64,000 bases of DNA from an uncultured Actinomycetota bacterium (lineage in GTDB: Bacteria > Actinomycetota > Acidimicrobiia > Spongiisociales > UBA4744): NCBI GenBank assembly GCA_963707435.1, contig CAVPPF010000001.1, positions 35,016-99,015 on the forward strand. The letters run 5' to 3'. A program made the position numbers and the translations under genes. This document shows positions 26,843-35,874 of the stretch, one piece after another; positions within the stretch are counted from its first letter, which is position 1; every line of letters starts with the position of its first letter. A model generated the notes under the pieces. The model ran no database searches, was not told the DNA's origin, and was given only the letters and a program-made list of their open reading frames with translations.

Positions 26843-27631
26843 ATGGAGATCGTGGATCTCTCGGCCAAGTACGAAGATTCCTACCTCGTGTGTCTCGAGG
26901 ACTGGTCGGACGAGATGGAGGAGGCCGGGGACCACAAAGCTCGCTGGTACCGCACGATGCGCGACCGGGGGCTGCGGGTCAAGCTGGCCATCAACGAAGA
27001 CGACCGGCCGATTGGCATGATCCAATACCTTCCCATCGAACACTCGATGGCCCTCGGCTCCGACCTCTTCATGGTCATGTGTGTGTGGGTTCACGGTTAC
27101 AAGCAGGGCGTTGGCAAACAGCAGGGCCGCGGGGTGGGCACAGCCTTGCTAACAGCGGCCGAACAAGATGCCCGGGAGTTGGGGGCGAGCGGCTTGGCGG
27201 CCTGGGGTGTCGCGTTGCCGTTCTGGATGAGGTCCGCCTGGTTCAAGAAGCACGGCTACCTCGAGGCCGATCGCCGGGGACGGCAAGTCCTGGTGTGGAA
27301 ACCGTTTACGGAGGACGCCGTCCCACCCCGTTGGATCGAGCCGGGGCCCAAACCCGCCCGCATTGAGGGCAAGGTGGCGGTGACGGCCTACGTCAACGGG
27401 TGGTGTCCGGCCTGCAACCTGACCTACGAGCGGGCGAAGCGAGCCGCGGAGGCGCTGGGTGAGGACGTCGTCTTCGAGAGCATCGACACCACCGAACAGC
27501 AGGTCATGGTCGCGTGCGGGCAATCTGACTGCGTCTATCTGGATGGGAAAACCCTCCAGAAGGGTGCGCCCCCCACCTACCAGGACATCGTCAAAGCGAT
27601 GTCCAAGCGAGTCGCCAGGCTGCATAGCTGA
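26843..27631 (+). CDS. GNAT acetyltransferase fused to a thioredoxin-fold CxxC domain
   Basis: ATG at 26843 with GGAGG at 26833-26837. The GNAT motif is VWVHGYKQGVGKQQGRGVGTALLTAAE. The C-terminal ~95 aa contain VAVTAYVNGWCPACNLTYERAK. The upstream part of the track ORF 25847..27631 is antisense to pip. Confidence 0.7.
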   Translation: MEIVDLSAKYEDSYLVCLEDWSDEMEEAGDHKARWYRTMRDRGLRVKLAINEDDRPIGMIQYLPIEHSMALGSDLFMVMCVWVHGYKQGVGKQQGRGVGTALLTAAEQDARELGASGLAAWGVALPFWMRSAWFKKHGYLEADRRGRQVLVWKPFTEDAVPPRWIEPGPKPARIEGKVAVTAYVNGWCPACNLTYERAKRAAEALGEDVVFESIDTTEQQVMVACGQSDCVYLDGKTLQKGAPPTYQDIVKAMSKRVARLHS

Positions 27632-27812
27632 CGAACCGGGGAACGTGACGGCTTCGGGTGCCGGGAGGCGAAACCGCGCTTCGACGGTTGTGCGGGGCCC
27701 ACATCACCCGCGCCCTTGAACCGGCACGACGCACTCCACGGGCTGTTCTCCGAAATCGATCAGCGGGCCCTGCCGGCAGGAAACTGCAGAACGGGCGGGC
27801 TAATCTCGCCCG

Positions 27813-28301
27813 ATGAGTGTGACGGGGTCGGAGCTGGCGGCAGCGCGGTTGTTGGCGGATCATCGATGGGCTGCGCTGGCGACGCTCGGCGAAGATGGCC
27901 CGGCGGTCTCCATGGTCGCCTATGCGCCTGCCACCGATCTGGCGAGCTTGCTCCTGTTTCTCAGCAACTTGTCCGAGCACACGCGGAACCTCATCGCCCG
28001 GCCAGGTGCAGCGCTCGTTGTTTCGGAGATCGATACCGGCTCCGGTGATCCACAGACCCTTGCCCGGGTCAGCGTCAAGGGAACGGTTGGGATCATCGAA
28101 CGGACCGCGCCCGAATTCGACGGCGCCTGGCGCACCTATGTCGGCCGCTTGCCGGATGCCGCCCCCCGGATCGCTCTGGGCGACTTCTCGCTCTTCCGGG
28201 TGGACATTCGTGAAGCACGCTACGTCGGAGGGTTCGCGCGGGCCGGGACAATCGAAGTCGCGCAATTGTCCGCCGCGGCCGTCGGAATGTCCGACCGGTG
28301 A
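27813..28301 (+). CDS. Pyridoxamine 5'-phosphate oxidase-like FMN-binding split-barrel protein
   Basis: 162 aa. LLADHRWAALATLGEDGPAVSMVAYA... and ...GDFSLFRVDIREARYVGGFARAG are typical of the PNPOx/HugZ-like family. Confidence 0.6.
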   Translation: MSVTGSELAAARLLADHRWAALATLGEDGPAVSMVAYAPATDLASLLLFLSNLSEHTRNLIARPGAALVVSEIDTGSGDPQTLARVSVKGTVGIIERTAPEFDGAWRTYVGRLPDAAPRIALGDFSLFRVDIREARYVGGFARAGTIEVAQLSAAAVGMSDR

Positions 28302-28337
28302 TCTCACATTTCCGCGCCTCTCTCCGTTGTACCTGAT

Positions 28338-28805
28338 GTGAGGCTGCCACCGTTTCAGATACTCCTCGACACCTACCGGGAAGACATCTTTCGTTTTCTC
28401 GCTGCTTCGGTCGGGCGTGTCGAGGCGGAGGACTGTTTCCAGGAAACGTTCCTGGCAGCGCTTCGAGCCTATCCGGATCTCGGCGATGCATCGAACCTGC
28501 GGGGCTGGCTGTTCACCATCGCCCACCACAAGGCAATCGATGCCCAACGGCGGCGCAGCCGCACCGGGATCTCGATGGCCGAACTGCCCGAGGTGGGGGA
28601 TAGCCAGGAGCCTGAGGTGCCGGACCAGGCGTTGTGGGCACGGGTGAGAGCATTGCCTCCCAAGCAGAGGTCCTCGATCGTGCTGCGCTACGTCGAGGAT
28701 CTGCCGTACCGGACCATCGGAGAGGTGCTTGGTTGTTCTGAGTCCGCCGCCCGTCAGAACGTGCGTGCCGGCCTCACCAAACTGCGAGAGGAGTACACGA
28801 CATGA
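28338..28805 (+). CDS. ECF-type RNA polymerase sigma factor (155 aa)
   Basis: Region 2 has DIFRFLAASVGRVEAEDCFQETFLAALRAY...WLFTIAHHKAIDAQRR. Region 4 has IVLRYVEDLPYRTIGEVLGCSESAARQNVRAGLTKLRE. Confidence 0.88.
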   Translation: MRLPPFQILLDTYREDIFRFLAASVGRVEAEDCFQETFLAALRAYPDLGDASNLRGWLFTIAHHKAIDAQRRRSRTGISMAELPEVGDSQEPEVPDQALWARVRALPPKQRSSIVLRYVEDLPYRTIGEVLGCSESAARQNVRAGLTKLREEYTT

Positions 28806-29395
28806 ATGATCTGGAGCAGGCGCTGACCGGCCTCGGAGACCTGAGCGAAGCGGCCACGTCTGCGGCCGAGCGATTTGTCGGTTCGACCGGGACGTCCGTT
28901 GACATTGCCTACGCCACCATGGACTCACCCATCGGCGTTCTCCTGCTGGCAGCCTCACCTGCAGGCCTCTTGAGAATCGGGTTCGACAATGAAACGGATG
29001 TCCTGGCCGACCTGGCCCGGCGGGTGTCGCCGAGGATTCTCGAGTTTCCCGAGCGGCTGGTGGAAGCGAAAGCCGAGCTGGGTGAGTATTTCGCCGGGCG
29101 TCGCGCGAGCTTCACGGTGCCGCTCGATTGGACCCTCATCGGCGGCTTTCGTCGCCGGGTGCTCGAAGCAACGGCCCTCATCCCGTTTGGAACCGTGTCG
29201 ACGTATCAGGAGGTCGCCGGCCGGGCGGGTCAACCCAAAGGCGCCAGGGCGGCCGGTCAAGCACTGGGCGGCAATCCGATCCCGGTCATCCTGCCCTGCC
29301 ATCGGATTCTGCGGACCGGGGGAGGCCTGGGTGGCTACGCCGGCGGCATCGATCGCAAGGAGTTCCTCCTGAGACTCGAAGGCACCATGCTCTGA
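28802..29395 (+). CDS. ogt: Methylated-DNA-protein-cysteine methyltransferase (Ogt/MGMT family) with an ~35-aa N-terminal extension
   Basis: Active site IPVILPCHRIL, and TYQEVAGRAGQPKGARAAGQALGGNP. The ATG overlaps the sigma TGA (ATGA at 28802-28805). Confidence 0.88.
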   Translation: MNDLEQALTGLGDLSEAATSAAERFVGSTGTSVDIAYATMDSPIGVLLLAASPAGLLRIGFDNETDVLADLARRVSPRILEFPERLVEAKAELGEYFAGRRASFTVPLDWTLIGGFRRRVLEATALIPFGTVSTYQEVAGRAGQPKGARAAGQALGGNPIPVILPCHRILRTGGGLGGYAGGIDRKEFLLRLEGTML

Positions 29396-29410
29396 CCGAG
29401 TCGCCCTGTC

Positions 29411-29430
29411 TATGCGGATATGCGTATAGT
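29411..29430. promoter_or_regulatory. Putative ArgR operator upstream of argR
   Basis: TATGCGGATATGCGTATAGT is identical to 23723-23742. It ends 6 nt before the argR ATG. Confidence 0.6.
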
Positions 29431-29436
29431 GGGGCG

Positions 29437-29904
29437 ATGAGATACACCGCAGCGCGGCGCCGGTCCATCCGGCGCATCCTCATGACGAGGCACATCACCC
29501 GACAGAGCGACCTCGTTGAGCAACTCGAGGCAGAGGGATTTGAGGTCACCCAGGCAACGGTGTCCCGCGACCTCGCCGAAATGGGGGCAACCAAGCGGCG
29601 CTCGTCCGACGGTCTCTTCGGATACACGCTGCCCGAAGAGGCTCCTTCGCCGGATGCGGGGAATGAGGTGGTCGCCCGGGCTCTCGCCCAATTCGCCAAT
29701 TCGATCATTTCGACGGGGAGTCTGGTCGTCATCAAAACGCCTCCCGGTGCCGCTCAGGTTGTCGCCGGTGCCGTCGATGGCGCCGTCTTGGGCGGAGTGC
29801 TCGGAACGGTGGCCGGCGACGACACGTTGCTGGTCGTGGTCGATGAACAGGTGGGCGGTTGGCGAGTGGCCAAGGAACTGGAACGCATGGGAGCTGGACG
29901 ATGA
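29437..29904 (+). CDS. argR: Arginine repressor
   Basis: [51 protein letters not shown] is the winged-helix domain. The C-terminus has [12 protein letters not shown], the oligomerisation and arginine-binding motif. The track ORF from 29128 is over-extended. Confidence 0.92.
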   Translation: MRYTAARRRSIRRILMTRHITRQSDLVEQLEAEGFEVTQATVSRDLAEMGATKRRSSDGLFGYTLPEEAPSPDAGNEVVARALAQFANSIISTGSLVVIKTPPGAAQVVAGAVDGAVLGGVLGTVAGDDTLLVVVDEQVGGWRVAKELERMGAGR

Positions 29905-31106
29905 AGAAGGTAGTACTGGCCTATTCCGGGGGGCTCGACACCTCGGTGATCCTGAAGTGGCTCATCGAGGAGTACGGAGTCGAGGTGGTGGCCTACACGG
30001 CCGATATTGGCCAGGGTGACGAAGTCGAGAGCGCTCGCACCAAGGCCCTCCAGACGGGTGCCGTCGAGGCCATTACAGAAAACCTCACGGAAGAGTTTGT
30101 CACCGACTTCGTGTTCCCGGCCCTGCGGGCCAATGCGGTGTACGAGTGGTACTACCTCCTGGGGACCTCCCTGGCACGTCCGGTGATCACCAAGGGCTTG
30201 ATTCGGGTGGCCGAGGAGACGGGGGCGGACGCCATATCCCACGGGGCCACCGGCAAAGGGAACGATCAGGTTCGTTTTGAACTCTCCGCCTATGCCTTGA
30301 AGCCCGATATCAAGGTCATTGCGCCGTGGCGGGAATGGAAGCTGCGCAGTCGGGCCGATTGCGTTGCCTACGCGAAACGGCACGGAATCCCCATTCCGGT
30401 AACTCCCGACAAACCGTATTCGACCGACGCGAACCTGTTGCACATCTCCTACGAAGGAGGCGTCCTGGAGAACCCCTGGGAAGCCCCCCCACCCGGCATG
30501 TTCAACATGACGGCCGACCCGGAGGTGGCGCCCGACCAACCTGAGTGGATCACCATTGGCTACGAGGAAGGAAACCCGATATCTGTCGACGGCGAAGCGC
30601 TTGCCCCGGTTGAGCTACTGCGCCGCCTCAACGAGATGGGCGGGAGACACGGCATCGGACGGGTCGACATCGTTGAGAACCGCTTTGTCGGTATGAAGAG
30701 CCGCGGTGTCTATGAAACTCCCGGCGGGACGATCCTTCACCATGCCCACAAGGCGGTGGAATCGATAACCCTGGACCGTGAAGTTGCGCACCTGCGAGAT
30801 GAGCTGGTGCCGCGCTACGCAGAGATGGTGTACAACGGTTTTTGGTTCGCGCCGGAGCGGGAGGCCCTGCAGGCGTTCATGGACGATGTGCAGCGTCGGG
30901 TTAGCGGCGAGGCCCGGCTCAAGCTCTACAAGGGTCAGGTCTACGTGGAAGGACGCCGCTCGGACGCTTTTGGCCTATACGACCAGGCAACGGTGACGTT
31001 CGAAGAAGACGATGTGTACGAGCAGGCAGATGCCAGCGGGTTCATCCGGCTGCAGGCGCTCCGATTGCGAACCCTGGCCGAGGAGCGTCTCGGGGAGGGA
31101 GAGTGA
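29901..31106 (+). CDS. argG: Argininosuccinate synthase
   Basis: The ATG overlaps the arg[34 protein letters not shown] and [20 protein letters not shown]. Confidence 0.96.
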   Translation: MKKVVLAYSGGLDTSVILKWLIEEYGVEVVAYTADIGQGDEVESARTKALQTGAVEAITENLTEEFVTDFVFPALRANAVYEWYYLLGTSLARPVITKGLIRVAEETGADAISHGATGKGNDQVRFELSAYALKPDIKVIAPWREWKLRSRADCVAYAKRHGIPIPVTPDKPYSTDANLLHISYEGGVLENPWEAPPPGMFNMTADPEVAPDQPEWITIGYEEGNPISVDGEALAPVELLRRLNEMGGRHGIGRVDIVENRFVGMKSRGVYETPGGTILHHAHKAVESITLDREVAHLRDELVPRYAEMVYNGFWFAPEREALQAFMDDVQRRVSGEARLKLYKGQVYVEGRRSDAFGLYDQATVTFEEDDVYEQADASGFIRLQALRLRTLAEERLGEGE

Positions 31107-31164
31107 GCAGTTCTCGACTACTTTCAGCGTTTGGCGAGCAGCCAGGATTCTCGGGCGTCTCCCG

Positions 31165-32523
31165 ATGACACTCTGGGGTGGGCGCTTCACAGAAGATCCC
31201 CACGAGGATTTGTGGGCTTTCACCGCAGATCGGTCCGACCGCCGCCTGCTCCAGGACGATCTGCTCGGTTCGGCCGCCCATGCGCGGATGCTGGGCGAAG
31301 TCGGATTGCTCACCGAGGAGGAAGCGCAGCAACTCGTCGAGGCCGTTGGTGACTGTCTCGAAGAGGCGCGGGAAGGGCGTTTTGAGTTTGAGGACGCCGA
31401 CGAGGACGTTCATACCGCAGTCGAGCGGCGACTGCATGAAACCGTTGGGGCGCTGGCCGGGAAGCTCCACACCGGGCGGTCGCGCAATGATCAGATCTCA
31501 CTGGATCTCAGGCTCTACCTGATCCGGGCATCCCGCCGCCGTATTCAGCAGCTCAGATCGTTCGGGCGGATCCTGGCCGACAAAGCCGAGGAGGTCGGGG
31601 ACACGATCATCCCGTCCTACACGCACCTCCAGCAAGCCCAGGCGATACCGCTCGGCCACCACCTTCTGGCGTACGCCTGGATGCTGGTTCGCGATATCCA
31701 GCGTTTCGAATCTGCCGAAGCACGGATCGCCGTGTCACCGCTCGGAGCGGGTGCCTCGGGGGGAAGCAGCCTTCCCCTCAATCCGGGTTTGGTCGCCGCA
31801 GAACTGGGCATGCAGGGCACGTTCCCCAACTCGCTGGACGCGGTGTCGGCGCGGGACTTCGTGGCCGAATACGCATTCTGCTGTGCTCAGGCGATGACGC
31901 ATCTCTCCCGTCTCGGCGAGGAACTGGTCCTCTGGTCCACCGCAGAATTCGGATGGGTAACGTTTGCCGACCGTTTCACCACGGGTTCTTCGGCCCTGCC
32001 CCAGAAGAAGAATGCCGATATCGCCGAGCTGGTCAGAGGCAAGACCGGCCGGGTGATCGGTGATCTGACCGGGCTCCTTACACTGCAAAAGGGCCTCCCG
32101 CTCAGTTACAACCGGGACTTGCAGGAGGACAAGGCGGCCGTCTTCGATGCGGACGACACGCTGGCGGGCGCCCTGGCGGCTCTGTCCGGAATGGTCGAAT
32201 CTGCCGAATTCGACCCACCCGAGCCCTTGAGCTGGGTGACGGCTCTCGATCTCGCCGAACTCCTCGCGGCGCGAGGGATAGCGTTTCGGGAGGCCCACCA
32301 GGCAGTCGGGAGGCTCGTGGCCCGCCTGCTGGCAGAAGGAAAGACTCTGTCCGAGGTGACGGCGGGCGAACTGGAGGCTGCGCATCTGAGCTTCATACCC
32401 GAAGACCTCGAGGTGATTGATCCGAGGGTCTCGGTGGAGCGCCGCCGCACGGCCGGAGGCGGGAGCTATGTCTCCGTCCTCGATCAGCTGGCCGAACTTC
32501 GCACGATCCTGGGTGCGGGGTAG
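31165..32523 (+). CDS. argH: Argininosuccinate lyase
   Basis: MTLWGGRFTE at ATG 31165, HTGRSRNDQ, and the fumarate-lyase signature GSSALPQKKNADIAELVRGK. Confidence 0.96.
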   Translation: MTLWGGRFTEDPHEDLWAFTADRSDRRLLQDDLLGSAAHARMLGEVGLLTEEEAQQLVEAVGDCLEEAREGRFEFEDADEDVHTAVERRLHETVGALAGKLHTGRSRNDQISLDLRLYLIRASRRRIQQLRSFGRILADKAEEVGDTIIPSYTHLQQAQAIPLGHHLLAYAWMLVRDIQRFESAEARIAVSPLGAGASGGSSLPLNPGLVAAELGMQGTFPNSLDAVSARDFVAEYAFCCAQAMTHLSRLGEELVLWSTAEFGWVTFADRFTTGSSALPQKKNADIAELVRGKTGRVIGDLTGLLTLQKGLPLSYNRDLQEDKAAVFDADDTLAGALAALSGMVESAEFDPPEPLSWVTALDLAELLAARGIAFREAHQAVGRLVARLLAEGKTLSEVTAGELEAAHLSFIPEDLEVIDPRVSVERRRTAGGGSYVSVLDQLAELRTILGAG

Positions 32524-32569
32524 GTGGGCCGAGCCGCTGGTCGTCGGCCCCATCGGTAGTCCCCCGGGG

Positions 32570-33952
32570 CTAGGCAACGGCGGCGAAGACCCGCCACTCG
32601 CCGGGCACCCCGCGCAGTTCGTGGGAACCCCGGTCCGTGAACTCGAGGCCCGATCCCGCCACCAGGTCCCGCACCGTTCCCGAGACCAGCACCTCACCGG
32701 GTCCTGCCAGGCCGGCGATGCGAGCCCCGATATGCACGGCAATCCCCGCGACATCGGTGCCCACCCGCTCCACTTCGCCCGTGTGGATCCCCGCCGTCAC
32801 CTCGAGACCGTGTTCCTGCACCAGCCGCGCGATCTCTCGAGCGCAATGGATGGCCCGGGCGGGTCCGTCGAACGTAGCGAGGAACCCGTCCCCGGCGATG
32901 CTCACCTCGACTCCCCGGAACCGCGACAACTGGCTGCGAACCACTGTGTGGTGGGCGGCCAGGAGATTTCGCCATGCTCGGTCTCCCAGCGCGGCGGCGC
33001 GGCCCGTCGAGTCAACGATATCGGTGAACATGACCGTCGCCAGCACTCGATCCGGTGTGGCCGATACTCGATGACCCGTCAGAAACTCGCGGATCTCCCC
33101 GATCGCCCGTTCCGGCTCGAACCAGGGAATGTGGTCTGCTCCGGGCAACTCCACATACCGGGCATTGGGGAGATGTTTCGCCAGGTAGCGGCCATTCTCC
33201 ACATGGCAAATGCGGTCACCTTCTGCGTGCAGAACCAGCGCAGGAACCCTGACCGAAGGCACGATATCCCGAATGTCGATGTCGAACGCCATGCGCATGA
33301 AGGCCTCGGCGCCGCTCGGCGTGTTGGCATTTCGCTGCAGACGGGTCGACCAGTCGTCCAGCCAGGGGGTCGACTCCTGGCTCGGGGCAAGAGCATCGAT
33401 GAACCGGCTTGCTTTCCCCCACCGTTCCGGGAGGGCCCGCATCGACGCCTCGAAATTTTCCTCGGTGGCCTCGCCCCAGGGCCACTCCTCATCTCTGCGT
33501 TCCCGGACCTCGGCACCCATGAGGATGAGGGAGCGGGTCCGTTCGGGGTGGGCGGCGGCAAACAGTATGGCGAGAGGGCCCCCTTCGGAAGCGCCGATCA
33601 GACTGGCCGAGTCGCTTCCGGCGGCATCCATCACAGCCCGGATGTCATCCATGCGAACATCGAGCGGGGTCGCCCCCGGAACCCGATCGGACATGCCCAT
33701 GCCGCGCTTGTCGAAGAGGATGACCCGGGCGAATTCGCCGAGCATTTCGCAGAACCGTCGGTACGCCGGCAATTCCCACTGGACTTCGAGATGCGACCAG
33801 GCACCCTGGACGTAGACAATGTCGACCGGGCCATCCCCAACAATATGGAATGCCACAGAAACGTCGTCGCTTCGGGCGAACCGGATGTCGAGCATGGAGC
33901 GACTGTAGTGCTGCCGGTCGAGATCACCCCCGCCAACCCTGGCCTGGATCAA
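32570..33952 (-). CDS. Alpha/beta-hydrolase fused to a class III adenylate/guanylate cyclase domain (LipJ-like architecture)
   Basis: The N-terminus has FDKRGMGMSD...GASEGGPLA (nucleophile elbow). The C-terminus has ATVMFTDIVDSTGRAA...GDGFLATFDGPARA...IGARIAGLAGPGEVLVS (cyclase motifs). The start is TTG 33952 or ATG 33895. Confidence 0.85.
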   Translation of the reverse strand: MIQARVGGGDLDRQHYSRSMLDIRFARSDDVSVAFHIVGDGPVDIVYVQGAWSHLEVQWELPAYRRFCEMLGEFARVILFDKRGMGMSDRVPGATPLDVRMDDIRAVMDAAGSDSASLIGASEGGPLAILFAAAHPERTRSLILMGAEVRERRDEEWPWGEATEENFEASMRALPERWGKASRFIDALAPSQESTPWLDDWSTRLQRNANTPSGAEAFMRMAFDIDIRDIVPSVRVPALVLHAEGDRICHVENGRYLAKHLPNARYVELPGADHIPWFEPERAIGEIREFLTGHRVSATPDRVLATVMFTDIVDSTGRAAALGDRAWRNLLAAHHTVVRSQLSRFRGVEVSIAGDGFLATFDGPARAIHCAREIARLVQEHGLEVTAGIHTGEVERVGTDVAGIAVHIGARIAGLAGPGEVLVSGTVRDLVAGSGLEFTDRGSHELRGVPGEWRVFAAVA

Positions 33953-34669
33953 TTACCCCCGGTCGAGCAAGAGGCCCTCCAGGGCGATCAGGACCATGTC
34001 GTCGAACGTTTTCTCCCGCTCGGTTGACGAGGTGGACTCGCCGGTGGTGATGTGGTCGCTGACGGTGAGAACGGCCAGTGCCCGGGCGCCGGACTCGGCG
34101 GCAACCCCGTACAGGCCTGCCGCTTCCATTTCGACGGCGAGCACGCCCATGGCGGCCATCATCTCGAAGTTCTCTTTGTTCGGGTTGTAGAAGAGGTCGG
34201 CGGAGTGGACGTTCCCGACCATGGCATCTACCCCGGCGGCCGCTGCGGCTTCGTGGGTGGCTCGCAAGAGCCCGAAATCGGCCGTGGCGGAGAAATCGAA
34301 TCCGCCGTAGCGTGCCCGGTTGACCCCGGAGTCTGTGGAGGCGCCGATGGCCAGGATGATGTCGCGAATCGCGACCTTCGAGCTCAGTGCACCGCAGGAA
34401 CCGACGCGAACGAGGCGCTCAACGCCGTAATCCTTGACCAGCTCGGTGGCGTAGATCGACGCCGACGGTATGCCCATGCCGGTGCCTATCACCGAGACCG
34501 GCAAGGTCTTGTAGGTGCCCGTGAACCCGAGCATGTTGCGTACGCCCGTGACCCGGCGGGCGTCCTTGAGATAGGTATCGGCGATGTGCTGAGCACGAAG
34601 CGGATCTCCCGGCAGGAGCACGGCTTCGGCAAAATCACCGGGTGCGGCATCGATATGGGGCGTCGGCAT
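33953..34669 (-). CDS. deoD: Purine nucleoside phosphorylase, DeoD type
   Basis: ATG at 34669 is preceded by [38 protein letters not shown]...[14 protein letters not shown]...VGSCGAL...EMEAAGLY. Confidence 0.92.
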   Translation of the reverse strand: MPTPHIDAAPGDFAEAVLLPGDPLRAQHIADTYLKDARRVTGVRNMLGFTGTYKTLPVSVIGTGMGIPSASIYATELVKDYGVERLVRVGSCGALSSKVAIRDIILAIGASTDSGVNRARYGGFDFSATADFGLLRATHEAAAAAGVDAMVGNVHSADLFYNPNKENFEMMAAMGVLAVEMEAAGLYGVAAESGARALAVLTVSDHITTGESTSSTEREKTFDDMVLIALEGLLLDRG

Positions 34670-34775
34670 TGAAATCCCTTCCAGAACCAGAAACTGTAAA
34701 GGTAGCCGAAGGCGTTCCCTATGGCGTCCACCCACGCCCGGAGGTTGGACGGACATCTACCATCCTGGACGCACC

Positions 34776-35741
34776 ATGGCGCAGACAGAACCATCCAACG
34801 GAGCGGTGGCGAACATCATCGGAGGCTTTGGGGCGATGGTGGCGTCCGCCGTTTGCTTGCTCACCGTGGTCGGGTTCCTGGGCGGTATCTGGTGGGGCTT
34901 CGATCTGGCCTCCCACTTCCGGGTCCAGTACGCAGTCGTGCTGGCGCTGGTCCTCGTCGTCCTGGCGGGGGTCCGGTGGCGGCGGACTGCCGGGGTGGCT
35001 GCAGGCGCACTCCTGGTGAACCTGGCTCTGATAGTTCCGCTGTATGTCGCCGGGCCGGCGCAAGCGGAGAGTACCGGCACCGTCGCCATCGTCAGCTTCA
35101 ACGTGACGGCTTCGAATCCCGAGCGCGCCGCCGTACTCGAGTACCTGGGTACCAGCGACGCCGACATCATCTTCATGCATGAATCGTCGACCGACTGGGA
35201 GGATGCGCTCAGCCGTTCCGGCCTGCCCTACCGGATGGTCAGCGCCCGGGAACCGGGTTCCCTGTTCGGCACCCTGGCCCTGATCCGTGGCGATGCGGTC
35301 GCCAATGTCCTTCCTCTGGGTGATTTCGGCCAGTGGTCGATCGAAGTCGTCACCGACGTGGGCGGTACCCCCGTTTCCGTGCTTGGAACGCATCCGCTCT
35401 CTCCGGTGAGCCCCACCCGGTCCGCGGCCCGGGACGAGCAACTGCGGATCGTTGGAGACTGGGCCGCCCGGCAGACCAATCCGGTCGTGGTGGTGGGGGA
35501 CTTCAACGCGTCGACATGGTCGCGGGGTTTCGGTCTGGTGACGCGGGACGCCGGGTTGGTCAACTCACAACGGGGCTTCGGCGTCCAGCCGTCCTGGCCG
35601 GCCGAGTACCCGCTGTTCGGCATCCCCATCGACCACATGGTGCACAGCACCGAACTCACGACCGTGGATCGGCGTCTTGGAGAGAATCTGGGTTCGGACC
35701 ATTTCTCGTTGTTCGTCACGGTGGGGCTGGCGGTACCGTGA
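34776..35741 (+). CDS. Membrane-anchored endonuclease/exonuclease/phosphatase (EEP) family protein
   Basis: Three N-terminal TM helices, then IVSFNV..., VVVGDFNAS and GSDHFSLFV, the EEP catalytic motifs. Confidence 0.8.
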   Translation: MAQTEPSNGAVANIIGGFGAMVASAVCLLTVVGFLGGIWWGFDLASHFRVQYAVVLALVLVVLAGVRWRRTAGVAAGALLVNLALIVPLYVAGPAQAESTGTVAIVSFNVTASNPERAAVLEYLGTSDADIIFMHESSTDWEDALSRSGLPYRMVSAREPGSLFGTLALIRGDAVANVLPLGDFGQWSIEVVTDVGGTPVSVLGTHPLSPVSPTRSAARDEQLRIVGDWAARQTNPVVVVGDFNASTWSRGFGLVTRDAGLVNSQRGFGVQPSWPAEYPLFGIPIDHMVHSTELTTVDRRLGENLGSDHFSLFVTVGLAVP

Positions 35742-35874
35742 CCCTTCCAGACAGCGGCCCGAGACCGCACTTGCATCCGGGCAGAATCGCTCCGTCGGTG
35801 ACAACCGCACGTGGTTCACAGGAACCGGGGCCGAGGCTTTCGGCGTTGTGTAGCGGAGAGCAACCGGAGGGGGC

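Noticed and set aside
27591-28958. 455-aa minus-strand ORF
   Set aside because: It is antisense to the PNPOx-like gene, the ECF sigma and the start of ogt, which all carry family motifs. Its own sequence is featureless.
32417-34027. 536-aa plus-strand ORF
   Set aside because: It is antisense to the hydrolase-cyclase gene and overlaps the argH 3' end out of frame. It has no motifs.
35108-35120. GGCTTCGAATCCC, resembling a tRNA T-arm
   Set aside because: It lies inside the EEP-family coding sequence, and no acceptor, D or anticodon arms can be drawn around it.
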